A stretch of 64,000 nt of DNA. Source: Heterodontus francisci (taxonomy: Eukaryota). The stretch's first letter is position 1. Each line of letters starts with the position of its first letter. The notes under the pieces were generated by a model. That model was not told the origin of the DNA and ran no database searches. It saw only the letters and a list, made by a program, of their open reading frames with translations. The DNA lies in the NCBI RefSeq assembly GCF_036365525.1, contig NC_090404.1, positions 8,618,001 to 8,682,000 of the forward strand, read 5' to 3'. Shown piece after piece: positions 26,831 through 39,260 of the stretch. A program made the position numbers and the translations under genes.

Positions 26831-27634
26831 CATATCCACCTTTCATTTTACCATTTCATGGTTTGAACTCGCTGTTTAATTTTCTGCTCCTTGTCTAGAG
26901 CTTTTTTAACCTCTTTTTATCCCCATATTTCTGTTTTTTCCCCCTATTGCTCGGTTTCCCCATTCCCAGAATTCCATTCACAACCCCCAAGTACTGCTAT
27001 TAGTATAAACATATGGGAACAATAATTTCAAAGAGATGTTGAAAAAACAGACTAGTAACAGAAAAAAAAGCAAAGAATGGGTTAAAATAAAACAAGTATT
27101 TGTATGAAATAGGACAATGCAAGTGACTGAATGAAAAGAAGATCTAATAAATGTCCCTGTGCAGATGAGTACGAGTTTCCTCGGTGGATCGGCTCAGTGC
27201 GTGTCTATGCTCAATTGTCAAAAGATGCTCCCCACATCGCAGCTTTAGACTCAGTTCCCAGCGGCAGAGGTGTACAAAGGCCCAGGAAGGAACTATTCAG
27301 GAGACTGGCACAGGGCAGAACTCACCGCCCGGCCCATCACCACCAGCACCGCTACCACGGTCGTGTCTACTTCATGAATAACTGAGACAGACCCAAGGGT
27401 GACCCATGGGTGAAAAGATACTTCTTATGGTGCGAATGGAGTTCACACTTCTTACAACTCCGCGTAGACTCCTCCACAACCTGAGGGCGGGGTCTGTGGT
27501 GCAGAAAACTGTGACATGATAGCTGAGAAACTATGGTCTGGGCACAGCGGAATTTGAGTGACAAGCCTCTGCTAGATTCGGGAAAGCAGAGTCACTGACC
27601 TGCAGTCAGGTTGATAAATGTCACTAATATAACA

Positions 27635-27840
27635 AAAGCAAAATACTGCAGGTGCTGGAAATCTGAAATAAAAACAAGAAATAGTGGAAATACTCAGCAC
27701 GTCTGGCAGCACCTGTGGAGAGAGAAGCAGAGCTAACATTTCAGGTCAGAGACCCTTCTTCAGAACTGACTGAAACATTAACTTTGCTTCTCTCTCCACA
27801 GATGCTGCCAGACCTGCTGAGTATTTCCAGCATTCCTTGT
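27635..27840. repeat. Palindromic Penelope-terminal-derived short element
   Basis: Same inverted-arm structure as 9793-10002. Confidence 0.65.
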
Positions 27841-30049
27841 ATGATAAATGTCTCTGTATCTTTAAACTCCCCGACTCACTGCACAGGTACTGAAAATGAA
27901 CTCTGGGACTGTGGATTATAAAGAGAGGCATGGTCTGGTGAAGTAATAACTGAGATAGGGAGTAATTTATTATAAAGAGAAAGGATCTAGTGTAGAATAA
28001 ACAGAAGATTGGTCTTGTGTAATATATAACAGAGACATGGTCTAGTGTAACATAAACAGAGGCAGAGCCTACTGTAGTAATTAGTGAGACAGGTCCTCAT
28101 GTGATATAAACAGAGACCTACTCTAGTGCAGTTTAACTGAGGCAAGGTCAACAGTAATTTAAACAGAGACATGGTCTAGTTCAGGAATAATTGGCGCACG
28201 GCCTATTGTAGAGTAAGCAGAGGTCGTGTCTACTTCATGAATAACTGAGACAGACCCAAGGGTGACCCATGGGTGAAAAGATACTTCTTATGGTGCGAAT
28301 GGAGTTCACACTTCTTACCAGATCATCTTTAACCTGATTGCGGCGGCATTGACAGAATGGGTGTTTGAAATTGTAGAACCGCCCAGAATCTGTACATTTA
28401 TGGACGGACCATAGAGTGGGATGGAAGACAGACTGGAATATCTGCTCCCCTAAGGACAGATTAACTCACAAAATTATTCCGAGTGGGTTCCAGGAACAAG
28501 ATGAGATTTGAAACCACGGAGTTTCTGATCGTCAAATCCCAGCCCTGCCAGTGAGTGAAGCTATCTCCAGGAATCTTAGCTCAGCGGTTAATGGGCGACT
28601 GTGTGTGACCTGCATAATACTGGCAGAGATCAGCTTTTCCAGACAGATGCTGCAGTGTGATTACTGCGGGTTTGCTGGATTTGCACGTTCTCCCTCCAAG
28701 TCGCACACCATCCTGACTTGGAACTATATCGCTGTCCGTTCACCGTCGCTGCATCCAAATTCTGGAACTGGATGGACTGCAAGAAGGTGGTTCAAGAAGG
28801 CAGATCACCACCACCATCTCAACGGCAATTAGCGATGGGCAACAAATGCTGGCCTTGCTCGAGTCGCTCACATCTCATGAATGAATAAAACAAATGGCCA
28901 TACCTCAGTTATTACTGCACTGGACCATATATCAGTATATATCACGCTTGATCCATTTGACCGAAGGGTCGATAACGAGAAGCTACAGATTAAAGATAAT
29001 TAGCAAACGAAATCGGGGGAGGGGATTTGGGATTTTTTTTCACAGTGAGTTGTTCTGAGCGAGAATGCACTGCCTGAAAGGGTGGTGGGAGCAGATTCAA
29101 TAACAACTTTCAAAAAGCAATGGATACTGTCATTTTTAATAATGAAAGAGTCCAGGTCTATCGGAAAAGAACGCCGAAGTGGGAATTATTGGATCGCTCT
29201 TGCTCGCTGCGAGCACAGACACGATTGGCTGAATGACCTCCTGCTGTGCTGTATCATTCCCTAATGCTATAAATCATACCCAATCCTAACATTGGCATAA
29301 GCTGTCGTTCCTTTATTTAGTCTAGGTTTAAATCCTAGACCTACTACCTGTAGGAGCACCTTCACCCCAACTGCAGCAGTTCAAGGAGAAGGCCCAGCAC
29401 AACCTTCTCAATTGCAGCTAGATGTGGGAAGTAAATGCTGGCCTTGTCATTGTCGTCCATATCTCGAGAATAGATACAAAAACTAAGAAAAAAACTTAAA
29501 ACACCACTACCTGAATTCTTTCTTGGTTTCTATCGTTCATTCTTTCCTTCGCTATTTCTTTCTCTTTAACTCTTCCATTTCATGCTCTCTCTCCATTTCA
29601 GTCCTTCGATCCTCTCTTCAACTTTCGTTCCTTCACTCTTTTCCTCTTCTTTTGCAATATGAAAAACGTTCAATTGTTATATTCCATCTCCCGAATAATT
29701 TCCTTATTGAGCAAGAGGGCTGAGGTAGGAAGGAAGGGGCAAATTGCCAAACATGAACACAGCCCAGAGCAGTTTCCTTCCCTTATCTTGCCCTCTGCTG
29801 CTTTTTCTACTGAGTAACAGTCTGAATGATGCGGTAAGATGATGTAGGAGGAAGTAACGAGACTACATCCGACCAGTCAGCACTCCTGTTAAAATACTAT
29901 TACCCAATTAACGCATTCGGTATTCTTCATTAGATACTTCCTCCTCTTCTGTTTGACCTTTCTGTCGAACAGTTTCTCACTTCACTTCATATGACAGATT
30001 GCAACAGTAAATATATCTGCTATTCCAAGGGGTTGTTGCTAAACATACA

Positions 30050-30501
30050 ATGGAGCCGATGTTGTACCGTCTTCTCCTTATGTTGTGGCTAGTGTTGGGT
30101 AGGTATGGCCATGCTTTTTATCTGTTTGCAGTATTGTGATGTTAATAGACTTTTCTACTCAGTATTGAATTCAACCTTCAGTTATCTTTTATTTCAGGGG
30201 TGATTCAGGCAGATTCGGTGTCACAACCTCAGTCTGCACTGTATATCACTGAAGGAGACACTATGAAAATAGACTGTAGCTACATAACAAGCTTGGGTAA
30301 CCCCGATCTATACTGGTACCGACAGCACATGAACCTGGCTCCGCAATTTATTTTGTATCGGGACAGTAACAGGAGAAGGGATGCAGATTTTGCCAAGGGA
30401 AAATTCGAAGCCGGCCAGACGAACGCAGAAAAGAAGTTTCCTTTAACGATCACTGGAGCAGAAATCCAGGACACCGCTGTGTATTTCTGTGCACTGAGCA
30501 G
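30050..30501 (+). CDS. TCR V alpha/delta segment, intact (leader 30050-30098, V exon 30198-30501)
   Basis: MEPMLYRLLLMLWLVLG|GT; ADSVSQPQ..MKIDCSY..LYWYRQH..DTAVYFCALSS; perfect RSS CACAGTG (30502-30508), 23 bp, ACAAAAACC (30532-30540). Confidence 0.93.
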
Positions 30502-32379
30502 CACAGTGCCTTAAAACTCATCTGTCCCTGTACAAAAACCTCAGTGAAATAGAACTGCCACAGGCAGTATCTGCAGTTCAGGGGAACCCGCCGCTGTCAG
30601 TAAGTGTCAGTGGTAACTCTGTCACTTCTCTCGTCCAATTTGTCTAAATTATAACATTGTGGGTTCAAATCCACTCCAGAGGCTGGAGTGCATATTGCAG
30701 TCCAACACTTCTGTTGTCCGTATTGATCGAGTGCAACAGTGTCGCAAGTGCCATCTTTCAGATGCGCTATTAAATGGAGGTTCCATCTGAACGAACCCAC
30801 CGCAATATTGTGTAAAAGAGCAGGAAAGCTCTCCTCCACATTTATCGCTTAATCGACATCACTAAAACAGATTATTGCATTGGCCTTTATGGGATCTTTT
30901 TGTGCTCATATTGGCTGCCGTCTTTCCTGCATTCCAGTAGTGACTGCGCCTTAAAATTGTTTCACTGGGACGTGTGGGACAGGCTGAACGGACCCGAGCG
31001 TCCTTTGCTATATGTGCTCGTTAGTATATTCAATATTACAACTTGTGGGCCTGTCTCTTCACATCATTTTGAGTTTCTCACTCAAGACTCGCTCAGATGA
31101 CGTCAATTACCTGACTGACCTCAGGACCGGCCATTGGGCACTGCGTCTTTCGAGGAAGCAAATGGGGGGCTCTTTGCACCAATCAGCGAACAGTACTTGA
31201 GCACAGTCTCTTAAAAAAAAGCTTTTCAAATAGCGTACAGCATAGAACTGGATTCAGAGCAGCTCGTCTTCCATTTTAAGATTATTTGACTCATTAATCT
31301 GCTCAGCCTCACTCCTCTACCTTCTCTTTACCCACATCCGACAAAACAGGGCTTTTGATGACCTAGGTTTTTTTTGAGCGAAGTAAAGCGAAAACCGCAG
31401 GATGTCAGTTACGTTGATTAAATAAAAATCCACGATGTGAGTTTTCCGAGATCCTCTTGCGGGTTTTAACCCTGATCAACGGTTTCCATCAATTGCTTAT
31501 GAAGTCAAGGCAGCATTAACCTCCATATTATTAGCTTTCTGTCACCCTTTTGTGTTCGGTGTGTGTAAGAGTGGGATAACAGGAAAAAGAGAAAGGATAG
31601 CAATCCTGGAAATATTTCAAAAAAGCTTAGTCACCCCGCAGCGTACTTAAACCCAATCTTGCTGATATTTTCAGTGGATCATCAGGAACTGTTACCCGTC
31701 ATATTGGTTCTAAAAGTCCCCCCATTGTGGAATGAGCGCTTCATAGACATTTTCACATCATTGACACACGCCATGTCAGAACCGGAATCAATGACGTAAA
31801 TAGAGGTGGACAAATACTCTGATTCATAAATTCTACAAAACACAAATAAGGAGACAAATCAGGAATCTAACGGAATGCGGCAGGCAAAGGTATCACGTTA
31901 CTTTGGAATTCGTTTCAATTTTATTTTCCAAGCTACCTGATGCCACTTCTTAAACGTTACTGAAGTCGAAATATTTCAGTGAAAAGGAAGTGACGCCCAA
32001 ACGCGAACAGAAATCCTTGCCGTTAAAGACCACAATCAAACTCAGTTTGTAAATGCCCCGGCGCAGGAAAGAGCAAGAGATTTCGGCAGAAAAATAACTG
32101 CGGGAAATTCAAAACTTTCTTTCCGAGAAAGAGAAAACAAAATATGTGTCTGTGTGTTTTTTGGCCGATTTTGTGTTTCTGAATGTCTGTCTGTACAGTT
32201 CTGGAAATGGAACAGAGGAAGTCGGATTAATTGCAAAACCAAGTTGTTTTGGTAGAATAATAAAACGAATATCTAATGTTTCCGTTCTATTTCTATCTCT
32301 CTTTGTCTCTTCTCTATTTCCATCTCGCTCTGCAAGAAAATCTCCATCGACACTGCCCCATGAAACACTCCGAGAAAAC

Positions 32380-32760
32380 GTAAAATATGGATTAGATACA
32401 GAGTAAAGCTCACTCTGCAACGTCCGATCAAACACTCCCAGGGCAGTAGAGCATGGGTGAAATACAGAATAAAACTCACTCTACACTGTCTGATCAAAGA
32501 TTCCCACAGCTGATACATCTCGGTTAGGTACAGAGTAAAGCTTCTTTTACACTTTCCCATCAATCACTTCCAGGGTGAGTGCAGCATGTGTTGGATCCAG
32601 ATTGAAATTTCTTCCTATACTGTCCTATCAAACATCTCCTGATCAAATACAGCATGGCTTAGATAAAAAAGTAAAGATCCCTCTATATTGTCCCGTCAAA
32701 TATTACCAAAGAAGGTACTGTTTGGGTCAGATGCAGGTTAAAGCTCACTCTATCTCAGAA
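32380..32760 (-). repeat. Degenerate copies of the ~68 bp satellite-like repeat
   Basis: AGATACAGAGTAAAGCTCCCTCTACACTGTCCCATCAAACACTCCCAGG-like units. Confidence 0.6.
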
Positions 32761-32820
32761 TCACAGAATTATTACAGTACAGAACGCCCATTCGGCCCAT
32801 CATGTCCACACCAGCTCTCT

Positions 32821-33134
32821 GTTTAGTTTAGTTTAGAGATACAGCACTGAAACAGGCCCTTCGGCCCACCGAGTCTGTGCCGACCATCAACCACCCATTT
32901 ATACTAATCCTACACTAATCCCATATTCCTATCACATCCCCACCTGTCCCTATATATTTCCCTACCACCTACCTATACTAGGGGCAATTTATAATGGCCA
33001 ATTAACCTATCAACCTGCAAGTCTTTGGCATGTGGGAGGAAACCGGAGCACCCGGAGGAAACCCACGCAGACACAGGGAGAACTTGCAAACTCCGCACAG
33101 GCAGTACCCAGAATCGAACCCGGGTCCCTGGAGC
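32821..33134 (-). mobile_element. HE1-like SINE
   Basis: Reverse complement of the 10305 SINE. Confidence 0.85.
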
Positions 33135-34244
33135 TCTGGAAGAGCAATTCACTCAGTTCCATTCCCTCGCCTTCTCCCCATAACCCTGCACGTTCTTCCT
33201 TTTCATACAACTGTCAATTCCCTTTTGAAAGTTTCAGTTGAACCTGCCTCCACCACACTCTCAGGCAGTGCATTCCACACCTCAACCACTCGCTGTTGAA
33301 AATTTGCTTCCTCGTGTCACTTTTACTTCTCTTACCAATTGCCTTCAATCTGAGCCCTCTCGTTCTCGATCCTTTCACGAGTGGGAACAGTTTGTCTCTA
33401 TCTATTCTGTTCAGGCTCCTCATGATTTTGCATACCTCTATCAAATCTATAATATTCCATCAAATATTCTCAGAGTAGATTCTATTTGGGTCAGATACAA
33501 AATAAAGCTCGCTCTACATTGTGCCAATGTTCCCAAAGCAGCTGCAGCATGGATTATATACATAAGGACGTGTTACAACGAGCACTTACATGTCAACTGC
33601 TGCAGCTGTTAAATAAAACTCAGAGCTTCCTTTAATCTACCCCACAAAATACTCCAATGTCAGGAACATCATCGCGGCTGCACGGAATAGATCTGTTATC
33701 CTGTTCCATTAAATACTCCAATATCAGGGAGAATACGATTACATACAACCTAAAGGTACTCTTTCCTATTCAGCAATGCCTTATTGCAGCTCCAGAATGT
33801 TTTTGAACCAATAACAGCATATTGTCAATTGATAAAAGTTTGAACCGTGAGAGTCCAAGTATTGACCTGCCGAACATTCAGGTAGTGGTTCAGTGGATAA
33901 AATAATGGTCATAAATGGAAACCGAAATGAGTAAACGTGGTAACGTCTCGACTGAAGCCAGGGGGAATGTCATCCTTAAAGCTGCTTCATTTTTATATGA
34001 GCCAAAATGGTTCACGAATATTCTTAATTTATATCAGGTTTATTGCTAGAATCTTTAAAAGGAAGAGGGAATGCAGAGGTGTTTTGGACTTCCAATTCTC
34101 ATTATGTCACTTGAAGAGTGTTTCCAGTCAAAGTCTATTTCCAAATCCTCGGATACCACGGTCAGATGATATCTAAGTGCGATGTGCGTGCAATCATTTA
34201 CAAGTACCTCACACAATATTAGCTCTCTGGGCCGTGCTTATCTA

Positions 34245-34457
34245 GCCAAAAGACTTGCAGGTTCATAGGTAAATTGGCCATTATAAATTGTCACTAGTAT
34301 AGGTAGGTGGTAGGGAAATATAGGGACAGGTGGGGATGTTTGGTAGGAATATGGGATTAGTGTAGGATTAGTATAAATGGGTGGTTGATGTTCGGCACAG
34401 ACTCGATGGGCCGAAGGGCCTGTTTCAGTGCTGTATCTCTAATCTAATCTAATCTAA
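34245..34457 (+). mobile_element. HE1-like SINE, 3' half
   Basis: Matches the 3' part of the 10305 SINE; (CTAAT)n tail. Confidence 0.8.
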
Positions 34458-36869
34458 AATATACATTACAAACAATTTTAACTTAAGTGCCTCACACGCA
34501 TAGTCATGAGCACTTTGAAGGCGAGTGTCTTGACCAAGCGCAGTCTGATGAAGTACAGGGACAAACCCATTTCACTGAAACCTGCCCCACGTGAAATAGA
34601 ACAGTGAGAACCAGAAAGCAAACTTTACCAAATTTCGCATTTACTACGTATCAACGCAAAGCGTTATTTCAAAAGACTTAGCAGAATAGCCTACATTTCA
34701 ATGCATGTGCCTCTGTTTCTGTATGTCTTTGTGAGTGTGTTTCTGCTACCTGTGTATGTGCCAGTGTGATGTGGGTGCCGGTTATTTCTGCGTGTGCATC
34801 TCTGTGTGTCTGTGAGGATATGTGCATCATTTATGTGTGTCTGTTTGTGTTTGCATGTGTGTGTTTTCTGCCTAAATGCATTTGTTCCCTTATATATATA
34901 TGGAATATATTAGAAATCCATATATTCTGCTTGAGTTTACAGATAGATAATTCGCAAAACACGTTCCAATATGTTCTTGGCGAGAGTCGGCGAAGAGGAA
35001 ATGAGGCTGTTTAAACTCTTTAGTGTCCTCAGATTATTACAACCCAGAAGGCACAATAAATAAAAACAGATAGCTGAAAGAAAGAGATTTCATTTGTAAA
35101 CAGTGGCACTACGACGCAGGTGCAGATATTTTCTAGGTTATTTATTTGTGGCGACATTTTCAAAAGTTTCTAAAGTGACGTGTTTATTTGGTTTAGAAGC
35201 AAATTCCTACCACTATCGCTAACATACAACAATCAGAGTAATCGCCTCTCAGTCTCTATTAAAGAACATTATGAAGAAGTTAATGGATGTTTCACCCTGC
35301 TGAATATTTCATCTGTAATTTTAACTGTGCTACTTTAGAAAGCATCTTTCACAGTCTCATGATGTCCCAAAGCGCATTACATCCATACGGAAAATGTAAT
35401 CCATTAGAAATTGCACTGTAGGGTAACACAGCAGACAATAATGTGCATAACAGGATCCAGCAAACAGCAATGGGATATTTAACAGATATTCTGATTGTAA
35501 GTAGGGTTCAGGGCTCAATATTGGCCCACGACGCCAGGGAGAATTTCCAAGTTCTTTCAAAGAATGCCATTGGATATTTTGTGTCCATCTGGAAGGGCAG
35601 ACAAGGCCTCGGTTTAACCTCTCGACAGGAAAATGAACCCATGACAGTGCAGTTTTTCCTGAAATCTCAGCCTAGATTTTATGCTGAAACCTTTGGATTT
35701 GGGTTGGGATAACGTTCTTTTTGGAATATAGTGCAAAAGGAAATTCTACAACTGCAGCATGTAGCGAGCACACAGATTCTCCAGTTTGTAGCTCAACAGG
35801 TTAAAGAGCTGTTTTTACCCGTGAGGCGAAATGTTCACTCCGAAAATTTATGAATCTTATACCGAAATCAACACCTGAACGCAGTCACAGTTTGTCGCAT
35901 CGTCTCAGTTTGTGAATCGAAGGCTCTGTTCCCAGGATCTTCTTTGGACAGTTCCACATCTCACTTCCTAAACGGAAATGCATAGAACATTCCTGTGATT
36001 CAAACTCCCTTAGAAATCAATGAAAACATCAACATTCACAAGGGCTGCTGCGTCACCTGGATGTTGTACAATGTTTTTGTCTCTGGTTCCGGGATCCAGT
36101 AGATAATCTAGGTTGACACATAGGTGCAGAATGATGCCAGGAGTTATCTCGTCCCTGCTGTTACCTTGTGGTAAGATTAAACTAGCCTCTTCAGGTCGAG
36201 GGTAAGAGATATCTCGAGGTGTCGGGAATTGCCCTGCTTTGCTGACCAACATTGACACCTCACTCAATGCAATGAAGACATGTTGACGGATTATGCAAGT
36301 ATTTGTGGATCCTGATGTGTGAAATACTGACTGCAAAAATTGGCTTCAAAACAACAGTGACTTCATTTGAAAAGTTAACACGCTGTGTAAACATTTCATC
36401 ATTCCCTTTATAGCCCTTTGGTTGTTAGGTCAGATACTAAAATGATTAGCGCCTTTCATGCCGACCCAAAGTGCTTCATAAACATTTTTGTACAGTCACC
36501 AATGATCAGATCATCTGCGTTGTAATGATTTGGAGAAAGGTATTCCCCAGGGCACTCGGGAGAACTCCCAGGAGTTCTTTGGACTAGTGGTGGCATCATT
36601 TCTGTGTAACTGAGAGAACAGATGGAGCGTCGGTTTAATGTCTCGTCCGACACGGCCGACAACGGAGCACTCTTTCAATGATGTACTGAGATCTTCAGCC
36701 TGGGTTCTGTGCTCAAATCACTGGAGTGGGCCTCGAATTTACAAACATCTGGCCGACAGGCAACCAAGCCACTCACTGTGCCAGGCTGGTACCTGCTCGC
36801 TGTTTTTAGAACACTTCGATGGATCATGGGATCAATAAATTGTTGAAACGCAGCTTTTCCATAAACTGT

Positions 36870-37138
36870 TTGCAGGACTATCTCGTCTGGCACCGTGGCG
36901 TGTTCAACTTTGCAATCGATCACACCCCCATGTCTCCATCGATATATCGGTAGAAAAACAGCCGGTGTGTATCTCCCATGTACGGCGGGATGAATTCAAC
37001 TTCCTGACTGCGGTGGACGAAGTCTTCATGGATATGTTAATTTCTGGTGGATAGAAATCCGTCACCAATCAAACTGCGGCTGCGTCTCCTCCCACACTCA
37101 GAGCTCCATTCTGAAGGCGGAAGAGGTGCGTTTTTTGC
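36870..37138 (-). pseudogene. Decayed C1-set constant exon resembling TCR C-delta/C-alpha
   Basis: TTCCAG acceptor; ..LFRL..GGDAAAV*LVTDFYPPEINISMK (first Cys to TGA); after a frameshift ..PAVHGRYTPAV..VIDCKVEH; lacks the C-strand Trp, as TCR C-delta does. Confidence 0.6.
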
Positions 37139-38479
37139 CTGGAAAGTTTGGTGAGCTCTGTGATTTGAATGAAATAATGTCAATATCTAGGACAATATTA
37201 AAATAGAATGAAATGATCCTTCTAATTCTAATGCTCAATAAAATCGCTCCTTCATTTCCTCATCCCATTTCAGTGTCGCAGTTGATGTGAATGAATTGTT
37301 CTCGTTCAGTTTTACTCTGATCATTCTGGAATTTATTTTCAATAAGGAACAGAATATGTTTAGTAATGAATTTACAGGCATTGCGTGAATTTCGAGAGTA
37401 AAATATTAAAGAGGTCTTATGTTACGAAGTCGTGGAGGTTCTGTTACTGCGCAGAAGCTGCCTGGGTGTTTCTTTAATTAATAAAAATGTCTTTTACAGT
37501 TACGATTGAGGAAATTGGCTAAGCTCAAGAGCCCTGCTTTCGGAGACACACGATGTTACAGCCCATCGGTAGTTAATGATATCTAACCCCGACTAGACCT
37601 TGAACTATTTAAAGTAGTCCAGTCCTAAACCCATCATGTGAAATACACCCTGAGAATAGCCGTTTAAATTCCATAGGCGTGCTCAGAAACATGCAGTGTT
37701 TACAAGGGCGTGGGTCGAGAACAGGACAAATTTTGAATTAATGAAGTGTCATTTTATTTACAGAAATTAATATATCTTTCTGAAAATTTCCATCTCCTAT
37801 GACTTTAATATTATAAAGTTCCATGTTCATTTAATGAAAAGGTAATATTTCACAAGGTACCGGGCAGAAAAAGATTAACAATTAGCATGAACTAATTTTA
37901 CCATAATGTAGTAAATATTAGCAGGAGATTAACTTGGAATATAATACCAGCATTAATTTATGAAACAAAATGAGCTCCCACAATGGCGTTACGTTCTGCC
38001 CAGCATTCCCAGTGTGGAGGGAGATTTATCTTAAATGAGCTGTGACTGTTTTATTCCGTAAAGTTCAAACAACATAAATTTGTATCTAACAAATCAGATG
38101 CAAGAGCTCGAGCCAGGTATCTAAAAATAAACCATGTTATTGCTCCAAAGAAACAACTGATCGAGTTTACTCTTCTTTCTAAATAAAATCTCTCTAATTC
38201 TTATTGAATTGATAATGAATAAATATTTTGAGCAGCCGATCATTATTGAATGCAATTGGCTTAATCTTGAGAGTGCTTTCCGAATAAACAATTTCAGGAA
38301 GTGACCATAACGCTCCAGACAGCAACGCCTGTTCAGATCTGAACGTCAGCTGGAAGATATTTTGACGATTCAATTAGACGGTGTGAAGATTTGCTCTCTA
38401 TCTCACCAGTGCTGTACCTTCCCCGCAGATGTTGAAACTGAAAGTGCAGAGGCAGTCTTACTCCATATCTAACCCGAGT

Positions 38480-39260
38480 TGGCATGTGTTTGACGGTAAA
38501 GTGTAAAGGAAGCTTTAATTTGTATCTGATCTGTGCTGCACCTGCCCTGGGAGTGTTTGATGGGACCGTGGAGAGGGAGCTTTACTCTGTTTTTGACACG
38601 TTTTTGTTTTTCTTTTTTTAGGAGGGAGACGGGATCACGTCGGGCGCTGTGCAATGAATTCAGAACTGAATCACAGTGTCGAGGGAGCTTTACTCGATAT
38701 CTAACCCTTCATAGTGAGGTACTGCTTGAACGCCAGGTTATTCACTACCTCCATGTCGCATTTATTGGTGGCCTATAACAGGTAGTGGCAATGAGAATAG
38801 AGGGGTGCTTTACTCCGTATCTAACCCCATGATTTTTCTTTTTTTCCTAACCCCGTGCTGTACCTGTCCTGGGAGTGTTTGATGGGGGACAGTGTAGAAG
38901 GAGCTTTACCCTGTATCGAACCCCGTGCTGTACCTGTTCTGGGAGTGTTTGATGGGGACAGTGTAGAGGGAGCTTTACTCTGTATCTAACCCCGTGCTGT
39001 ACCTGTCCTGGGAGTGTTTGATGGGACAGTGTGGAGGGAGCTTTACTCTGTATCTACCCCATGCTGTATTTGCCCTGGGAGTGTGTGATGGGACAGTTTA
39101 GAGGCAGATTTATTCTGTATCTAGCCATTTTTTTTCATTTTTCTTTTTTTCTTTATCAGCCAGGGTTCCTGCTCCTGATCTCTATCTTACCCTTGCTAAA
39201 TCTGATCTGAGAGTGATTGGCCAGGCAGCGTTCAAGGAGCATTTATCTGCATCTAAACAA
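38480..39260 (+). repeat. ~68 bp tandem satellite
   Basis: TGTATCTAACCCCGTGCTGTACCTGTCCTGGGAGTGTTTGATGGGACAGTGTAGAGGGAGCTTTACTC units. Confidence 0.85.
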
